Of a DNA stretch of 64,000 nucleotides, positions 8,971 to 18,231 are shown piece by piece; the stretch's first letter is position 1, and every line of letters starts with the position of its first letter. A program made the position numbers and the translations under genes. The notes under the pieces were generated by a model. That model saw only the letters and a list, made by a program, of their open reading frames with translations, was not told the origin of the DNA and searched no databases. Origin of the DNA: an uncultured Gammaproteobacteria bacterium (lineage in GTDB: Bacteria > Patescibacteriota > Microgenomatia > Levybacterales > UBA12049); NCBI GenBank assembly GCA_964391315.1, contig CAYMJR010000001.1, positions 141,983 to 205,982 on the forward strand, written 5' to 3'.

Positions 8971-9417
8971 TTGAAACTTCAAACTGAAAAACAGATTATT
9001 TTAGAGTTCTTGCAATCTCAAGTTTTAGCTACAATCTCCACTGTCAATAAAAAAACACATAAGCCTGAATCAGCTCTTGTTGCATTTGCTGAATTAGAGA
9101 CCCTGGAACTTATCTTTATTACACGAGTAGGATCACGTAAATTTATAAATCTTATGGAAAATAAACATGTTTCGATGGTTATTGGTTGGAATCCAAAGCA
9201 TTGGAAGACATTGCAATATGAAGGAGATGCATATGCAATAAACGAAAAAGATTATCCAAGGTATAAAACGTTTTTCGCCAAGAAAAAAGATACCCCTTGT
9301 ACTGAAGAATTTCTATCAAACACTCTTATGAGGTATTTTAAAATTAAACCAACATGGATTGGCTTTTCTGATTTTACAGGTAAAAAACCATCTGTTATTG
9401 AAATAAAAAATTTCTAA
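8971..9417 (+). CDS. Pyridoxamine 5'-phosphate oxidase-like split-barrel flavin-binding protein
   Basis: ATISTV...P, T..GSRK..NL..N..VS, LQYEG pattern. Confidence 0.75.
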   Translation: MKLQTEKQIILEFLQSQVLATISTVNKKTHKPESALVAFAELETLELIFITRVGSRKFINLMENKHVSMVIGWNPKHWKTLQYEGDAYAINEKDYPRYKTFFAKKKDTPCTEEFLSNTLMRYFKIKPTWIGFSDFTGKKPSVIEIKNF

Positions 9418-9439
9418 AATACGTTCCAACAAAGTTGCT
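9418..9439 (+). repeat. Cassette-boundary direct repeat, copy 2
   Basis: 22-bp exact match to 8901-8922, immediately after the stop codon. Confidence 0.8.
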
Positions 9440-9503
9440 CAGTGCCTGCAAGAAATTTTTTATATTGACACTCTATTCTAGATGTAGTTAAATAGACTAA
9501 GCA

Positions 9504-10580
9504 ATGAAATTTTTCTTCTTCAGTCTTGTTTTTCTCATCAGTTCTTTCTTCTTAACTCTTATGCCACAACTCGCTTTTGCGGACGCAGATCCTACTTGTA
9601 CAAGCTACACTCTTCCCGTTACGTTGTCGGCTAACGATCCCACGATCTACCATGTCTTTGGTCAACTTTGTTCACAAGGGTCACTAGACGGAAAGACCGT
9701 GCAATTTCTTATCCATGGCTTTACCTATGACCATAACTATTGGAGCTGGCCACTTATTCCAGGCAAATATTCCTATGTGACAAAAGCAACAGCAGATGGT
9801 TATGTAACTTTTGCTGTTGACAGAATTGGCAGTAGCTTAAGCGACCACCCAGATGGCACCAACGTAACATTACAATCAAATGCATTTGTTATTCATCAAT
9901 TAGTGCAAGACTTACGAAACGGTACAATAAGTAATACACATTTCACAAAAGTTGTCCTTGTCGGACATTCATTTGGATCAGCGACTTCAATCTATGAGGC
10001 TGCAACCTATGATGATGTTGATGGCCTTATTCTTTCAGGGTTTGTCCATCAACAGAACCCTGATATTATCCCAACATTTGGTAATGATATTTATTCTGCT
10101 TCTTCTGATCCAAAGTTTAGCAACAGCGGTCTCGGCCCTGATTATCTTACTACCAAACCCAACACTCGAGAAGAATTATTCTATAACCTTATTGATGCCA
10201 ACTCACAAGTTATTGCTCTTGATGAGGAACTCAAGCAAACCGGAACAGCCGAAGAATTATCAACTGGTCAGGCTGCCTTTTCGCCTACTTTTTCTCAATC
10301 GATACATGTTCCAGTTCTTACAGCTGTCGGACAGAATGACAAGCTTGTCTGTAATGAACTCATTCCTGGACTGTCATGTCAAGACGCAAATACGATACTA
10401 CTGAGAGAAGCTCCTGACTATTCAGCACAGGCGTGTCTGGAGGCATTTGTGTTGCCTACTGCAGGACATGATATGAATTTGCATCTCAATGCAAAGAGTT
10501 GGTTTGTAGCAGCAAATGATTGGGTTGCAAGACGAGTTGGAAAAGATACGACACATCCTGCGACACAACCATGTCAATAG
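9504..10580 (+). CDS. Secreted alpha/beta hydrolase
   Basis: Signal peptide; IHG oxyanion motif, GHSFG nucleophile elbow, G.ND, AGH. Confidence 0.85.
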   Translation: MKFFFFSLVFLISSFFLTLMPQLAFADADPTCTSYTLPVTLSANDPTIYHVFGQLCSQGSLDGKTVQFLIHGFTYDHNYWSWPLIPGKYSYVTKATADGYVTFAVDRIGSSLSDHPDGTNVTLQSNAFVIHQLVQDLRNGTISNTHFTKVVLVGHSFGSATSIYEAATYDDVDGLILSGFVHQQNPDIIPTFGNDIYSASSDPKFSNSGLGPDYLTTKPNTREELFYNLIDANSQVIALDEELKQTGTAEELSTGQAAFSPTFSQSIHVPVLTAVGQNDKLVCNELIPGLSCQDANTILLREAPDYSAQACLEAFVLPTAGHDMNLHLNAKSWFVAANDWVARRVGKDTTHPATQPCQ

Positions 10581-10590
10581 CTTGTATCAA

Positions 10591-10620
10591 AATACCTTTT
10601 AATAAAATTGCTTAGTCGCT
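10591..10620 (+). repeat. Cassette-boundary direct repeat, degenerate copy 3
   Basis: AATACCTTTTAATAAAATTGCTTAGTCGCT versus copy 1, 10 nt after the hydrolase stop. Confidence 0.55.
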
Positions 10621-10671
10621 ATTAATTGCTATAGGTTTATTTTACCCCCTTTTTCTGCCAGACTTCTCCCC

Positions 10672-11049
10672 ATGGCTAGCGCAGTTGAAGGTTTAGAGCT
10701 TATACGCTATAAAAACGACTCTGTTGAGCGCGGAATACTCGATCCCACCCAATCGCACGTTGGTAATGGGTTAGATTTCCTACATAAAATGGCCGACCGT
10801 GGGGAATCTTGCGACTTAATAACTGCCTTTATGCTCGGACCAGATGATACTAATGGTACACTGGCTCGGCAACTGGTTGTTCCTGCAAGGCGAGCACTTT
10901 CCACTGACGGACATATACTCATCAGATCGGATGGCCCGACAACGCGTACAACAATAAAGGTACTTAATGACGAACGTGTAGTATATATAAACGATGATCA
11001 TACTCTCATCATTTCTTTTGATTATCAGAGATTATTGAAAGCTGCTTAG
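10672..11049 (+). CDS. Hypothetical protein (possible methyltransferase C-terminal fragment)
   Basis: ESCDLIT and ARRALSTDGHILI resemble class I MTase motifs; no SAM-binding motif I. Confidence 0.4.
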   Translation: MASAVEGLELIRYKNDSVERGILDPTQSHVGNGLDFLHKMADRGESCDLITAFMLGPDDTNGTLARQLVVPARRALSTDGHILIRSDGPTTRTTIKVLNDERVVYINDDHTLIISFDYQRLLKAA

Positions 11050-11128
11050 AGAGTACCATCTCATGCTTACTTTTTTCTTACCCATCTTTGCAGTAATTCA
11101 TCTCTTTCATTTATAGAATAAGAATGTC

Positions 11129-11554
11129 ATGGGTGAAGAAATAACATCTAAAACAGAAGAAAAAACAACCGTATCACGTCCTACACAGGAGGTAAAAACA
11201 GAGCCACCACAACAAGTTTATAAAAAGAAGAAGGCAATTTTTCGAAGCTACCAAATTGTCTGGTATATCCTCGCAGTGATTGAAATTCTGCTTGGATTCC
11301 GATTTGTTCTGAAGGCTGTTGGTGCCAATTCTTTTAGTGGATTTACTAATTTTGTGTACACGATTAGTAACCCGCTTGCTACGCCATTTAGTGATATCTT
11401 AGCAACAACTGTATATGGCAATTCAGTCTTTGAATGGTCAACACTTATTGCAGCAGCCGTGTATGCTCTTATTGCCTATGGTATTGTCTATCTCCTTCAA
11501 TTGATCAAACCTGTCACTCCTCGCGAAGTATCAGAAGAAGTTGACAACCCTTAA
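11129..11554 (+). CDS. YggT-like membrane protein
   Basis: IEILLGFRFVLK..GAN..F..FVY.IS.PL..PF pattern. Confidence 0.7.
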   Translation: MGEEITSKTEEKTTVSRPTQEVKTEPPQQVYKKKKAIFRSYQIVWYILAVIEILLGFRFVLKAVGANSFSGFTNFVYTISNPLATPFSDILATTVYGNSVFEWSTLIAAAVYALIAYGIVYLLQLIKPVTPREVSEEVDNP

Positions 11555-11604
11555 GAGGTATTCACCTTTACAAAATCTATATTCTTCTATGATACACTTT
11601 GCCG

Positions 11605-11754
11605 GTGACAGATACAAAACCAGACAATAGTCCTGACACTCAAAGAAAAATTAACCAACTGCTTGAAGAAACGGGGATTATTTTACCTGGAGCGCAAATA
11701 TTGTATATGACAATAATCTGTGCTACGGTAATGCTATGGCGCTTCTGGTATTAA
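11605..11754 (+). pseudogene. Truncated DUF6328-like membrane protein fragment
   Basis: GTG-start frame reads INQLLEETGIILPGAQIL, then ends after 49 aa. Confidence 0.4.
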
Positions 11755-12181
11755 AATTTTATTATTACTCCTTAGTATTCATGCAGTTTTAAAACCTTTA
11801 TTTTTCTACATCTTAAAATACGATATACGACGAAAACAATTGGATAAATCGTATGGCAATAAAACAAGCGCAACAACAGTATTTGATAATGCGATCTATA
11901 TCGTCATGATCGTGATTGTGGTCTTGTTATTTCTCTCCCATAGCATGGCATACTTAAGCTTCATAGCAGGACTCTATATAGGAGCTACATTAATTCAAAC
12001 TTACTTTCATATGTTTACGAAACCACTGCCAGAAGATAAAGCACCCAAACCACCTGTTTCGCCTATCAAACTGATGTCCTATGCAATTCAAGCAAATCCT
12101 GAAAGACCATGGAAACAACTTCTCTTTATCTCACTACTCTTTCTTTGGGGAATATATATGATCTTCACAAACGGCTTTTAA
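11736..12181 (+). pseudogene. Small membrane protein, apparently frameshifted near the start
   Basis: ATG 11736 (MALLVLK) joins the open frame ILLLLLSIHAVLK...LDKSY if one A is added in TTAAAA at 11751-11756. Confidence 0.55.
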
Positions 12182-12197
12182 TTAAAATGCATTAAAA

Positions 12198-12488
12198 TCA
12201 AGCACCTTGACGGAGTTTAAAAAATACCTCTCTTGGCTGACGCTCCCACTGATCAAAGGGTGTTTTTGCTGCTAACGCCCCAAGCTCCTTCCAAGCAGCT
12301 TGAGCATGTTCAGATGAATCCCAAGTTGAGGTAGCAAAAATCCGTCCCGATGCATCATCTACCCAGGAACTCATATCAAGCAGTCCTTCAATATGCTGCG
12401 CGCTCTCTTTTAATTGAGACATCGCTTTCAATAAATCATCTGTATGCTCAGGCAATGGATAATGAATTGCCAACGTAAAATATTTCAT
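12198..12488 (-). CDS. ABM (antibiotic biosynthesis monooxygenase)-like protein
   Basis: 96 aa; EGLL, STWDSSEHAQA pattern. Confidence 0.65.
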   Translation of the reverse strand: MKYFTLAIHYPLPEHTDDLLKAMSQLKESAQHIEGLLDMSSWVDDASGRIFATSTWDSSEHAQAAWKELGALAAKTPFDQWERQPREVFFKLRQGA

Positions 12489-12529
12489 ACAGTGATAGTA
12501 TCAGTTAATTGGAGAGATAACAATGACAA

Positions 12530-12676
12530 TTAGGTGCCTCTTCTAATAATTCGGATCAAGAGTACTATGATAGCAATCACGAGCAGTATGTGAATAAATC
12601 CTCCTGCTATATGTAATGCCAATCCTCCAAGCCATAAAATAAGAAGTATTATGATAATTATGTTTAATAATCCCAT
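12530..12676 (-). CDS. lmo0937/DUF5670-family small membrane protein (48 aa; not in ORF track)
   Basis: MGLLNIIIIILLILWLGGLALHIAGGFIHILLVIAIIVLLIRIIRRGT. Confidence 0.8.
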   Translation of the reverse strand: MGLLNIIIIILLILWLGGLALHIAGGFIHILLVIAIIVLLIRIIRRGT

Positions 12677-12682
12677 TTTGCG

Positions 12683-12859
12683 TTATTTTTTCTTTGGAAC
12701 TTTTGCCCCTGCCCTTCGTGCTTCTGATAAACCAATGGCGATCGCCTGTTTCCGATTTTTTATTTTTTTATGAGAACTACCACTCTTAAGCTTGCCCTCT
12801 TTGAATTCCTCCATGGATTTTTTTACTTTTTCTTGCGCTTTTTTATCATATTTTGCCAT
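12683..12859 (-). CDS. DUF6496-like small basic protein (58 aa; not in ORF track)
   Basis: MAKYDKKAQEKVKKSMEEFKEGKLKSGSS..KNRKQAIAIGLSEARRAGAKVPKKK. Confidence 0.8.
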   Translation of the reverse strand: MAKYDKKAQEKVKKSMEEFKEGKLKSGSSHKKIKNRKQAIAIGLSEARRAGAKVPKKK

Positions 12860-12954
12860 AAGCCGCTTTAATTATTTATATTCTATAAAACAACTGTAAA
12901 ATATTGTCGGGAATGACGTAAGAAGTGTTTAAGAACTTCTGCTATACTTTTTCT

Positions 12955-13494
12955 ATGGACCCTACGCAACCTTTTACTCCACAAGATCATGATTCTCGTG
13001 TATCAAAAATAAATTTTTCCATAAAACTCGCTATTGTTCTTCTTATTCCTCTTGTCCTAATAAAAATTTTCCTGTTATTTTCTACCAAACCTCAGCAATC
13101 TTTACCAAGCTCTCCACAAAAAAATATTTCTGTATCAATAACACCATATCTTACTCAAGAACTAACGATGAAACTAGCTCAATCCGCCCCTCCTCTCACA
13201 CAAGCAACTTTGGATGATTGGAGTAAAAAACTTGCAAGCGGTTCTGAAACAGAAATTCAATCAGTTGTTGAACTGCCGGGAAATCAACTACCTTTTCCAG
13301 GAATTTTCCAACAATTAGCTTCCTTAGCCCCTTTTCAATTCAAACTCGATACATTCAAAAAAAATACTGACAATCAAAGTGGTTCTATTGCAGTAAACCT
13401 AGGGCCACAAAATCAAAGACAAATAATACTCGTTTATTTACGTGTAATAAACGGAAAATGGAAAATTGTGAACATTGATCAATCGCCCCTCTGA
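12955..13494 (+). CDS. Hypothetical membrane-anchored protein
   Basis: N-terminal TM; C-terminal NGKWKIV (NTF2-like end); ATG 6 nt after TATACT. Confidence 0.6.
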   Translation: MDPTQPFTPQDHDSRVSKINFSIKLAIVLLIPLVLIKIFLLFSTKPQQSLPSSPQKNISVSITPYLTQELTMKLAQSAPPLTQATLDDWSKKLASGSETEIQSVVELPGNQLPFPGIFQQLASLAPFQFKLDTFKKNTDNQSGSIAVNLGPQNQRQIILVYLRVINGKWKIVNIDQSPL

Positions 13495-13499
13495 AATCT

Positions 13500-13841
13500 T
13501 TATTCTACAGCCTCCTCAGGAAGATCTTTTGTTGCTGGACCGTTAATTACATTTCCGAACTTTGAATATCTCGATCCATGACAAGGACAATCCCATGTTT
13601 TTTCTTCTTTATTAAAATCTACAATACAACCAAGATGCCTACATACTGCCGAAACTGAATGAAGCAGTCCATCTTTATCTTTATATACCGCTATCTTTTT
13701 ACCTTTTTTCTCAATAACCATACCGTCATCTTTATCAAGTCCTGCTACTGATTTTTTCGCGGGTGTCACGCGTTTCCCATATCCTTTCACAAGCTGTTTA
13801 GCCTTTTGAGCAATTCCCTTTATAGACATAATTTGTAGCAT
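13500..13841 (-). CDS. Rieske [2Fe-2S] domain protein
   Basis: CRHLGC and WDCPCHGSRY motifs; likely start 13829. Confidence 0.9.
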   Translation of the reverse strand: MLQIMSIKGIAQKAKQLVKGYGKRVTPAKKSVAGLDKDDGMVIEKKGKKIAVYKDKDGLLHSVSAVCRHLGCIVDFNKEEKTWDCPCHGSRYSKFGNVINGPATKDLPEEAVE

Positions 13842-13940
13842 AGCAACACAGAATAAATTCTATGTAACAACCTTGCAAGAATTACTTATCTCTTACTTCT
13901 CTATTTTTTCTGTCTTACCTTCTCTCTATACACTAGTGAT

Positions 13941-14468
13941 ATGAACCAGCAAAATAAAAGTTTGGATGAAATGGAAGACCAACTCAAAACACTGCCAATT
14001 GCACTTTCTGACACAACACGACTAAAAAATGTGCAGCTTCTTAATCAATTACTTGCCGATTCAATTATTCTTTATAACATGTATAAAAAACACCATTGGC
14101 AAGTATACGGCCCTACGTTTTACCAATTACATTTACTGTTTGATAAACATGCCACAGAACAACTCGCACTCATTGATTTGATTGCCGAACGTATTCAAAC
14201 ACTTGGAGGAGCCGCAGTTGGAATGCCACAAGATGTTTCAGAACGGACTAAAATCGAACGACCACCAGCAAGTGCAGAAACTCCCCCGGTTATGTTAAAT
14301 CGTTTGCTTGATGCCCATGAGATTATTATCAAACAACTCCACGAATGCATTGAAGCGACAGAAAAAAATAAGGATTGGGGAACAAATGATTTACTTATCA
14401 GTGATGTGTTGCGCACAAATGAACTGCAAGTGTGGTTTATTTCATCACATTTGATAGACATCCTTTAA
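13941..14468 (+). CDS. dps: Dps DNA-starvation/stationary-phase protection protein
   Basis: KKHHWQVYGPTFYQLHLLFD..DLIAERI..LGG. Confidence 0.92.
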   Translation: MNQQNKSLDEMEDQLKTLPIALSDTTRLKNVQLLNQLLADSIILYNMYKKHHWQVYGPTFYQLHLLFDKHATEQLALIDLIAERIQTLGGAAVGMPQDVSERTKIERPPASAETPPVMLNRLLDAHEIIIKQLHECIEATEKNKDWGTNDLLISDVLRTNELQVWFISSHLIDIL

Positions 14469-15547
14469 AATTCTTCAGAATGCAGTTTTTTCCAATCCTT
14501 CCATGCCGCGATGAATATCGCTTGCAACAAACCAATTATCGGAGCTGCAAAAATGGCTCCATAGATTCCGAATAATTCAGTAGCTACTAAAATTGCAAGA
14601 AGTGATACCAACGGACGAATACCAATGGCTTTACCGATAATCCGTGGACCAACAATATCTGATTCAATGACATGCACACCAATAAAATAAATGAGTACGA
14701 GAAGCGCTATTAGCCATCCTTGAGGGATTGCAAGGAGAACACACGTCGCACCTGAGATAAATGTTCCTAACGTTGGAACAAATTCCATAATAAAAGCAAG
14801 TAGTCCTAAAAGCAGTGCATACGGCACATGAAAAAGTATCATGCCTAAACCGACAAGTATCCCAATTATCAGTGCCAAAACCAGTTGACCACGCAGATAG
14901 CCTCCAACTACTTGATGTGAGACGGTAACAAAAAATTGAACCTTACTTCTGTAGACCTTTGGTACATTCCTGGTATCACTAATCCATCTGACTATTCTCT
15001 CTCCATCGATAAGTAAATAAATACTAATAACAACAACGAGCGCTGTACTCAGAAGAAAATCCAAAAAATTACCAATAAAAGGCAGAATATTCCCAGCAAA
15101 CTGTTCAAAGTATTTGATAAGATCCTGACCCATTGCACTGACTGCACTATGTGGTAAGCCAATCCCATTGAAAAATCGAAAAATTGGTGTTGTTGGATTT
15201 GGAGTACCTGAAATAAATAACTTATGAATAGTTGAAATCAGTGTATTGATCTGAAAAATTGCCGCACGTAAAAAAAGATATAAAAAAGTACCGAAGCCAC
15301 AAATGAGTAATAGATAAATAATGAGAATTGCCAAAAATCGTGGCATAAATTTCCCTAAAAATTTTATTGCAGGAAAAAGCAAATAGGCTATAACGCATGC
15401 AAAAATAAGAACGATAACCGTATGCCAGACGTGTTGGATGACAAAAAAGAATACTCCGATAACACCTATCCAAGCGAGAATTGTGAGTGGAAGATCACGC
15501 CTTTGTATTGATTTCGTTTGCTGTTTATTTACTTTAGATTGTGCCAT
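14465..15547 (-). CDS. AI-2E family transporter
   Basis: GYLRGQ, VPYALLLG, FVPTLG, IVGPRIIG motifs. Confidence 0.9.
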   Translation of the reverse strand: MAQSKVNKQQTKSIQRRDLPLTILAWIGVIGVFFFVIQHVWHTVIVLIFACVIAYLLFPAIKFLGKFMPRFLAILIIYLLLICGFGTFLYLFLRAAIFQINTLISTIHKLFISGTPNPTTPIFRFFNGIGLPHSAVSAMGQDLIKYFEQFAGNILPFIGNFLDFLLSTALVVVISIYLLIDGERIVRWISDTRNVPKVYRSKVQFFVTVSHQVVGGYLRGQLVLALIIGILVGLGMILFHVPYALLLGLLAFIMEFVPTLGTFISGATCVLLAIPQGWLIALLVLIYFIGVHVIESDIVGPRIIGKAIGIRPLVSLLAILVATELFGIYGAIFAAPIIGLLQAIFIAAWKDWKKLHSEEF

Positions 15548-15624
15548 TTTCTCTCTAATCCTAGCGTGATTATATCATTGAATATATTTAAGTAAAGATA
15601 AAAATGTAGTAAGCTAAATAGAAG

Positions 15625-16263
15625 ATGTTAACTGATCAGCGCTTTCGATTCTTTCAAACAATCCTTCGAAAAGATGAAAAAAAAGTTGCCACTCTTTTTA
15701 TTATCGAAGGTGTCGTTACGTTCCTGCTTTTAGTCAATGTACTCCTTCTCAATATATATCTTTTTAGAAAAGTACAACCCGTCCAGTCCAACACAACCAC
15801 CTCTGTAGCAACTCCAACGCCAACATTCATTCCTGTAACAACTACGCCAACAATTATTGTACCTACCGCTGCACCTGTTGTCATCGACCAGCAATCATCC
15901 ACCAAAGAATATTTTATCCCCCTTGGATCAGGCACCAATCAATCGAGTGATTGGACAAATGTCCCAGGAACCCAAGCAACTGTTGATTTTGGATCATATC
16001 AGCATATTAAATCAATTGTTTTTGAGGCATCAGTTGCAGTCCCGACAGCCAATGAATCTGTCTCTGTACGGCTCTACAATGTCTCAGATCAACATCCTGT
16101 GTGGTATTCTGATGTGACGATGAATGGTGGAGATTCAGACTATCTTATCTCTCAACCAATTGCATATGACAGAGGACCTAAAATTTATCAGGTACAAATG
16201 AAAACGCAGTTACAATATCCTGCCAATTTGACTCAATCCCGCATCCATATAACGTTAAATTAA
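15625..16263 (+). CDS. Hypothetical membrane-anchored protein with Thr/Pro linker
   Basis: TM, PTPT linker, beta-rich C-terminal domain. Confidence 0.65.
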   Translation: MLTDQRFRFFQTILRKDEKKVATLFIIEGVVTFLLLVNVLLLNIYLFRKVQPVQSNTTTSVATPTPTFIPVTTTPTIIVPTAAPVVIDQQSSTKEYFIPLGSGTNQSSDWTNVPGTQATVDFGSYQHIKSIVFEASVAVPTANESVSVRLYNVSDQHPVWYSDVTMNGGDSDYLISQPIAYDRGPKIYQVQMKTQLQYPANLTQSRIHITLN

Positions 16264-17688
16264 TCGAACTGCTGACATCTCTCCCCAATTCTTTCCCATT
16301 TTCACATCTGCTTCAATCGGAACTGAAAGTGGATAAACATTACACATAATCTTTTGCACCTGTTCAACCACTTCAGCAATTTTTTTCTTATTATCAGGAA
16401 TTTCAAAAACCAAATCATCATGAATTTGTAATAACAAACTAACTTCCGGATCCTTCGTCACAATTTGGTTGTAAACGTCAATCATCGCCTTCTTCATCAG
16501 ATCCGCAGCAGATCCTTGAATTGGGTAATTAAGTAAAACCCGTCGCATATTATTGTCAATAAATTTTTGTCCGGGAAACTCGAAAACATAACGCCGCCTT
16601 CCCAAAATCGTTTCGACAAATCCATCTTTTTTTCCTTGGTTAATATAGTTGTCAAAATACGTTTTGATCTTCGGATATGTTGCGTAAAAGGTATCAATAA
16701 ACACTTGAGCCTCCTCAACCGGAATACGAAGTCCCATACTCATACCATAACTGCTCATGCCGTAAATAATGCCAAAATTAATTGTCTTGGCAATACTTCG
16801 CTGTTCCTTTGTGACCGCGTCATACGAAACGTTAAATAGTTGACTTGCTGTTGTTTTATGAACATCTTTTTGTTCTTTAAATGCTGATAGCAATTTTTCC
16901 TCACCTGTGAGATGTGCTAAGATGCGAAGTTCTTGCTGTGAGTAGTCAAAAGAGAGAAAAACCTTTCCGGTTGAAGCAACAAAACAGGATTTGATCTTCT
17001 GACCAAATTCAGAAGTTACTGGAATATTTTGTAAATTAGGATTGGAAGATGCAAGCCGTCCAGTACTGGCGGCAACTTGCGTGTAGGTTGTATGCACCCG
17101 TCCTTTGTCATCTACTTTACTAATCAAACTCTCAACATAAGTCGAACGGAGCTTGGAGAGTTCACGATATTTTAAAATTCTGCCAATGATCTCAAATTGA
17201 TCTGCAAACTGTGCTAGTTCTTGTTCATTGGTCGCGTACCTTCCCGTCTTGGTTTTACTCAGTGGAACTCCTGCTTTTTCTGCTAAAAAATTTCCTACTT
17301 GAATTGCTGAGTTAAGATTAATATCAAACCCAACTTCTTTCTTAATTTCATCTTCTGTCGCAATAATTGCCGCATCAATTTGTTTACCTATTTTTTCTAA
17401 TTTTTTACTGTCTAAACTGATTCCCGTTTGTTCCATTTTATGTAAAACAGCAACAAGTGGCATTTCAATATCAGTAAACAGTTTCTGGAGTTTTGGTAAA
17501 GAAGCAAATTTTGCTCGTTGCTTTGCTGCTAATTCTTCAAGCGTTGTAACGTGGTATTTTTTGAAAATATCATCCTGAGAGTGAACAAATCTTCCTTCAT
17601 TCAAAAGGAATTCAGCAATGAGACAATCAAAAACATCTGTATCTTCCGTCTTAAACTGACTTTTCAAATCCCAGACTACTGAACTCAT
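16255..17688 (-). CDS. polA: Family A DNA polymerase, polymerase domain only
   Basis: TGRLASSNPNLQNIP, DYSQQELR, KTINFGIIYG, QGSAAD, IHDDL; 477 aa without 5'-3' exonuclease. Confidence 0.9.
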   Translation of the reverse strand: MSSVVWDLKSQFKTEDTDVFDCLIAEFLLNEGRFVHSQDDIFKKYHVTTLEELAAKQRAKFASLPKLQKLFTDIEMPLVAVLHKMEQTGISLDSKKLEKIGKQIDAAIIATEDEIKKEVGFDINLNSAIQVGNFLAEKAGVPLSKTKTGRYATNEQELAQFADQFEIIGRILKYRELSKLRSTYVESLISKVDDKGRVHTTYTQVAASTGRLASSNPNLQNIPVTSEFGQKIKSCFVASTGKVFLSFDYSQQELRILAHLTGEEKLLSAFKEQKDVHKTTASQLFNVSYDAVTKEQRSIAKTINFGIIYGMSSYGMSMGLRIPVEEAQVFIDTFYATYPKIKTYFDNYINQGKKDGFVETILGRRRYVFEFPGQKFIDNNMRRVLLNYPIQGSAADLMKKAMIDVYNQIVTKDPEVSLLLQIHDDLVFEIPDNKKKIAEVVEQVQKIMCNVYPLSVPIEADVKMGKNWGEMSAVRLI

Positions 17689-17696
17689 TGCTGTGA

Positions 17697-18194
17697 TTAT
17701 ACACTATTTGGAGCTTGGACAACTTCAACTTTTGTAACGTTGGTATCACGAATCATATCAAGTGTCTTTTTTACGTCTTGAGGATTAGCAATAAAAGAAA
17801 GACGCATCGAAGAGGCATTTGTTCCAGCAGTATTGATAATAATTGTCCCCCATTTGCCCAGCTCATCAAACAGACTTTGTTCAACCGTTACATCAGTTAT
17901 CTGCGTATAATCAACACTGGTAATATTTTCTCCCAAAAACGAATCGACCAAAATCATTCGCTTTTTGGTAAATGCATAATGCTTGGCTTTTTTCAAATAA
18001 TAGCAATACAGTACTCCAAGTAGGAGAACAAATATACCGGCAAACACTTGACCGAACATAACAATAACCGCCACAACAATAGCAAGAATAAAAACGCATT
18101 GGATATAAAAAGGGCTGACACCAAATTCTTTTTCGAGAGTTTCATCAGGAGCAAGAATTTTTGTCCAATCGTAATTCATACCATTTATGAGCAT
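17697..18194 (-). CDS. Membrane protein with bacterial PH domain (bPH_2-like)
   Basis: Two TMs, then YAFTKKR..ITDVTVEQS...GTIIINTAG. Confidence 0.75.
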   Translation of the reverse strand: MLINGMNYDWTKILAPDETLEKEFGVSPFYIQCVFILAIVVAVIVMFGQVFAGIFVLLLGVLYCYYLKKAKHYAFTKKRMILVDSFLGENITSVDYTQITDVTVEQSLFDELGKWGTIIINTAGTNASSMRLSFIANPQDVKKTLDMIRDTNVTKVEVVQAPNSV

Positions 18195-18231
18195 AGCACT
18201 TTACTATATCCTTTGACAATCAATACTCATT

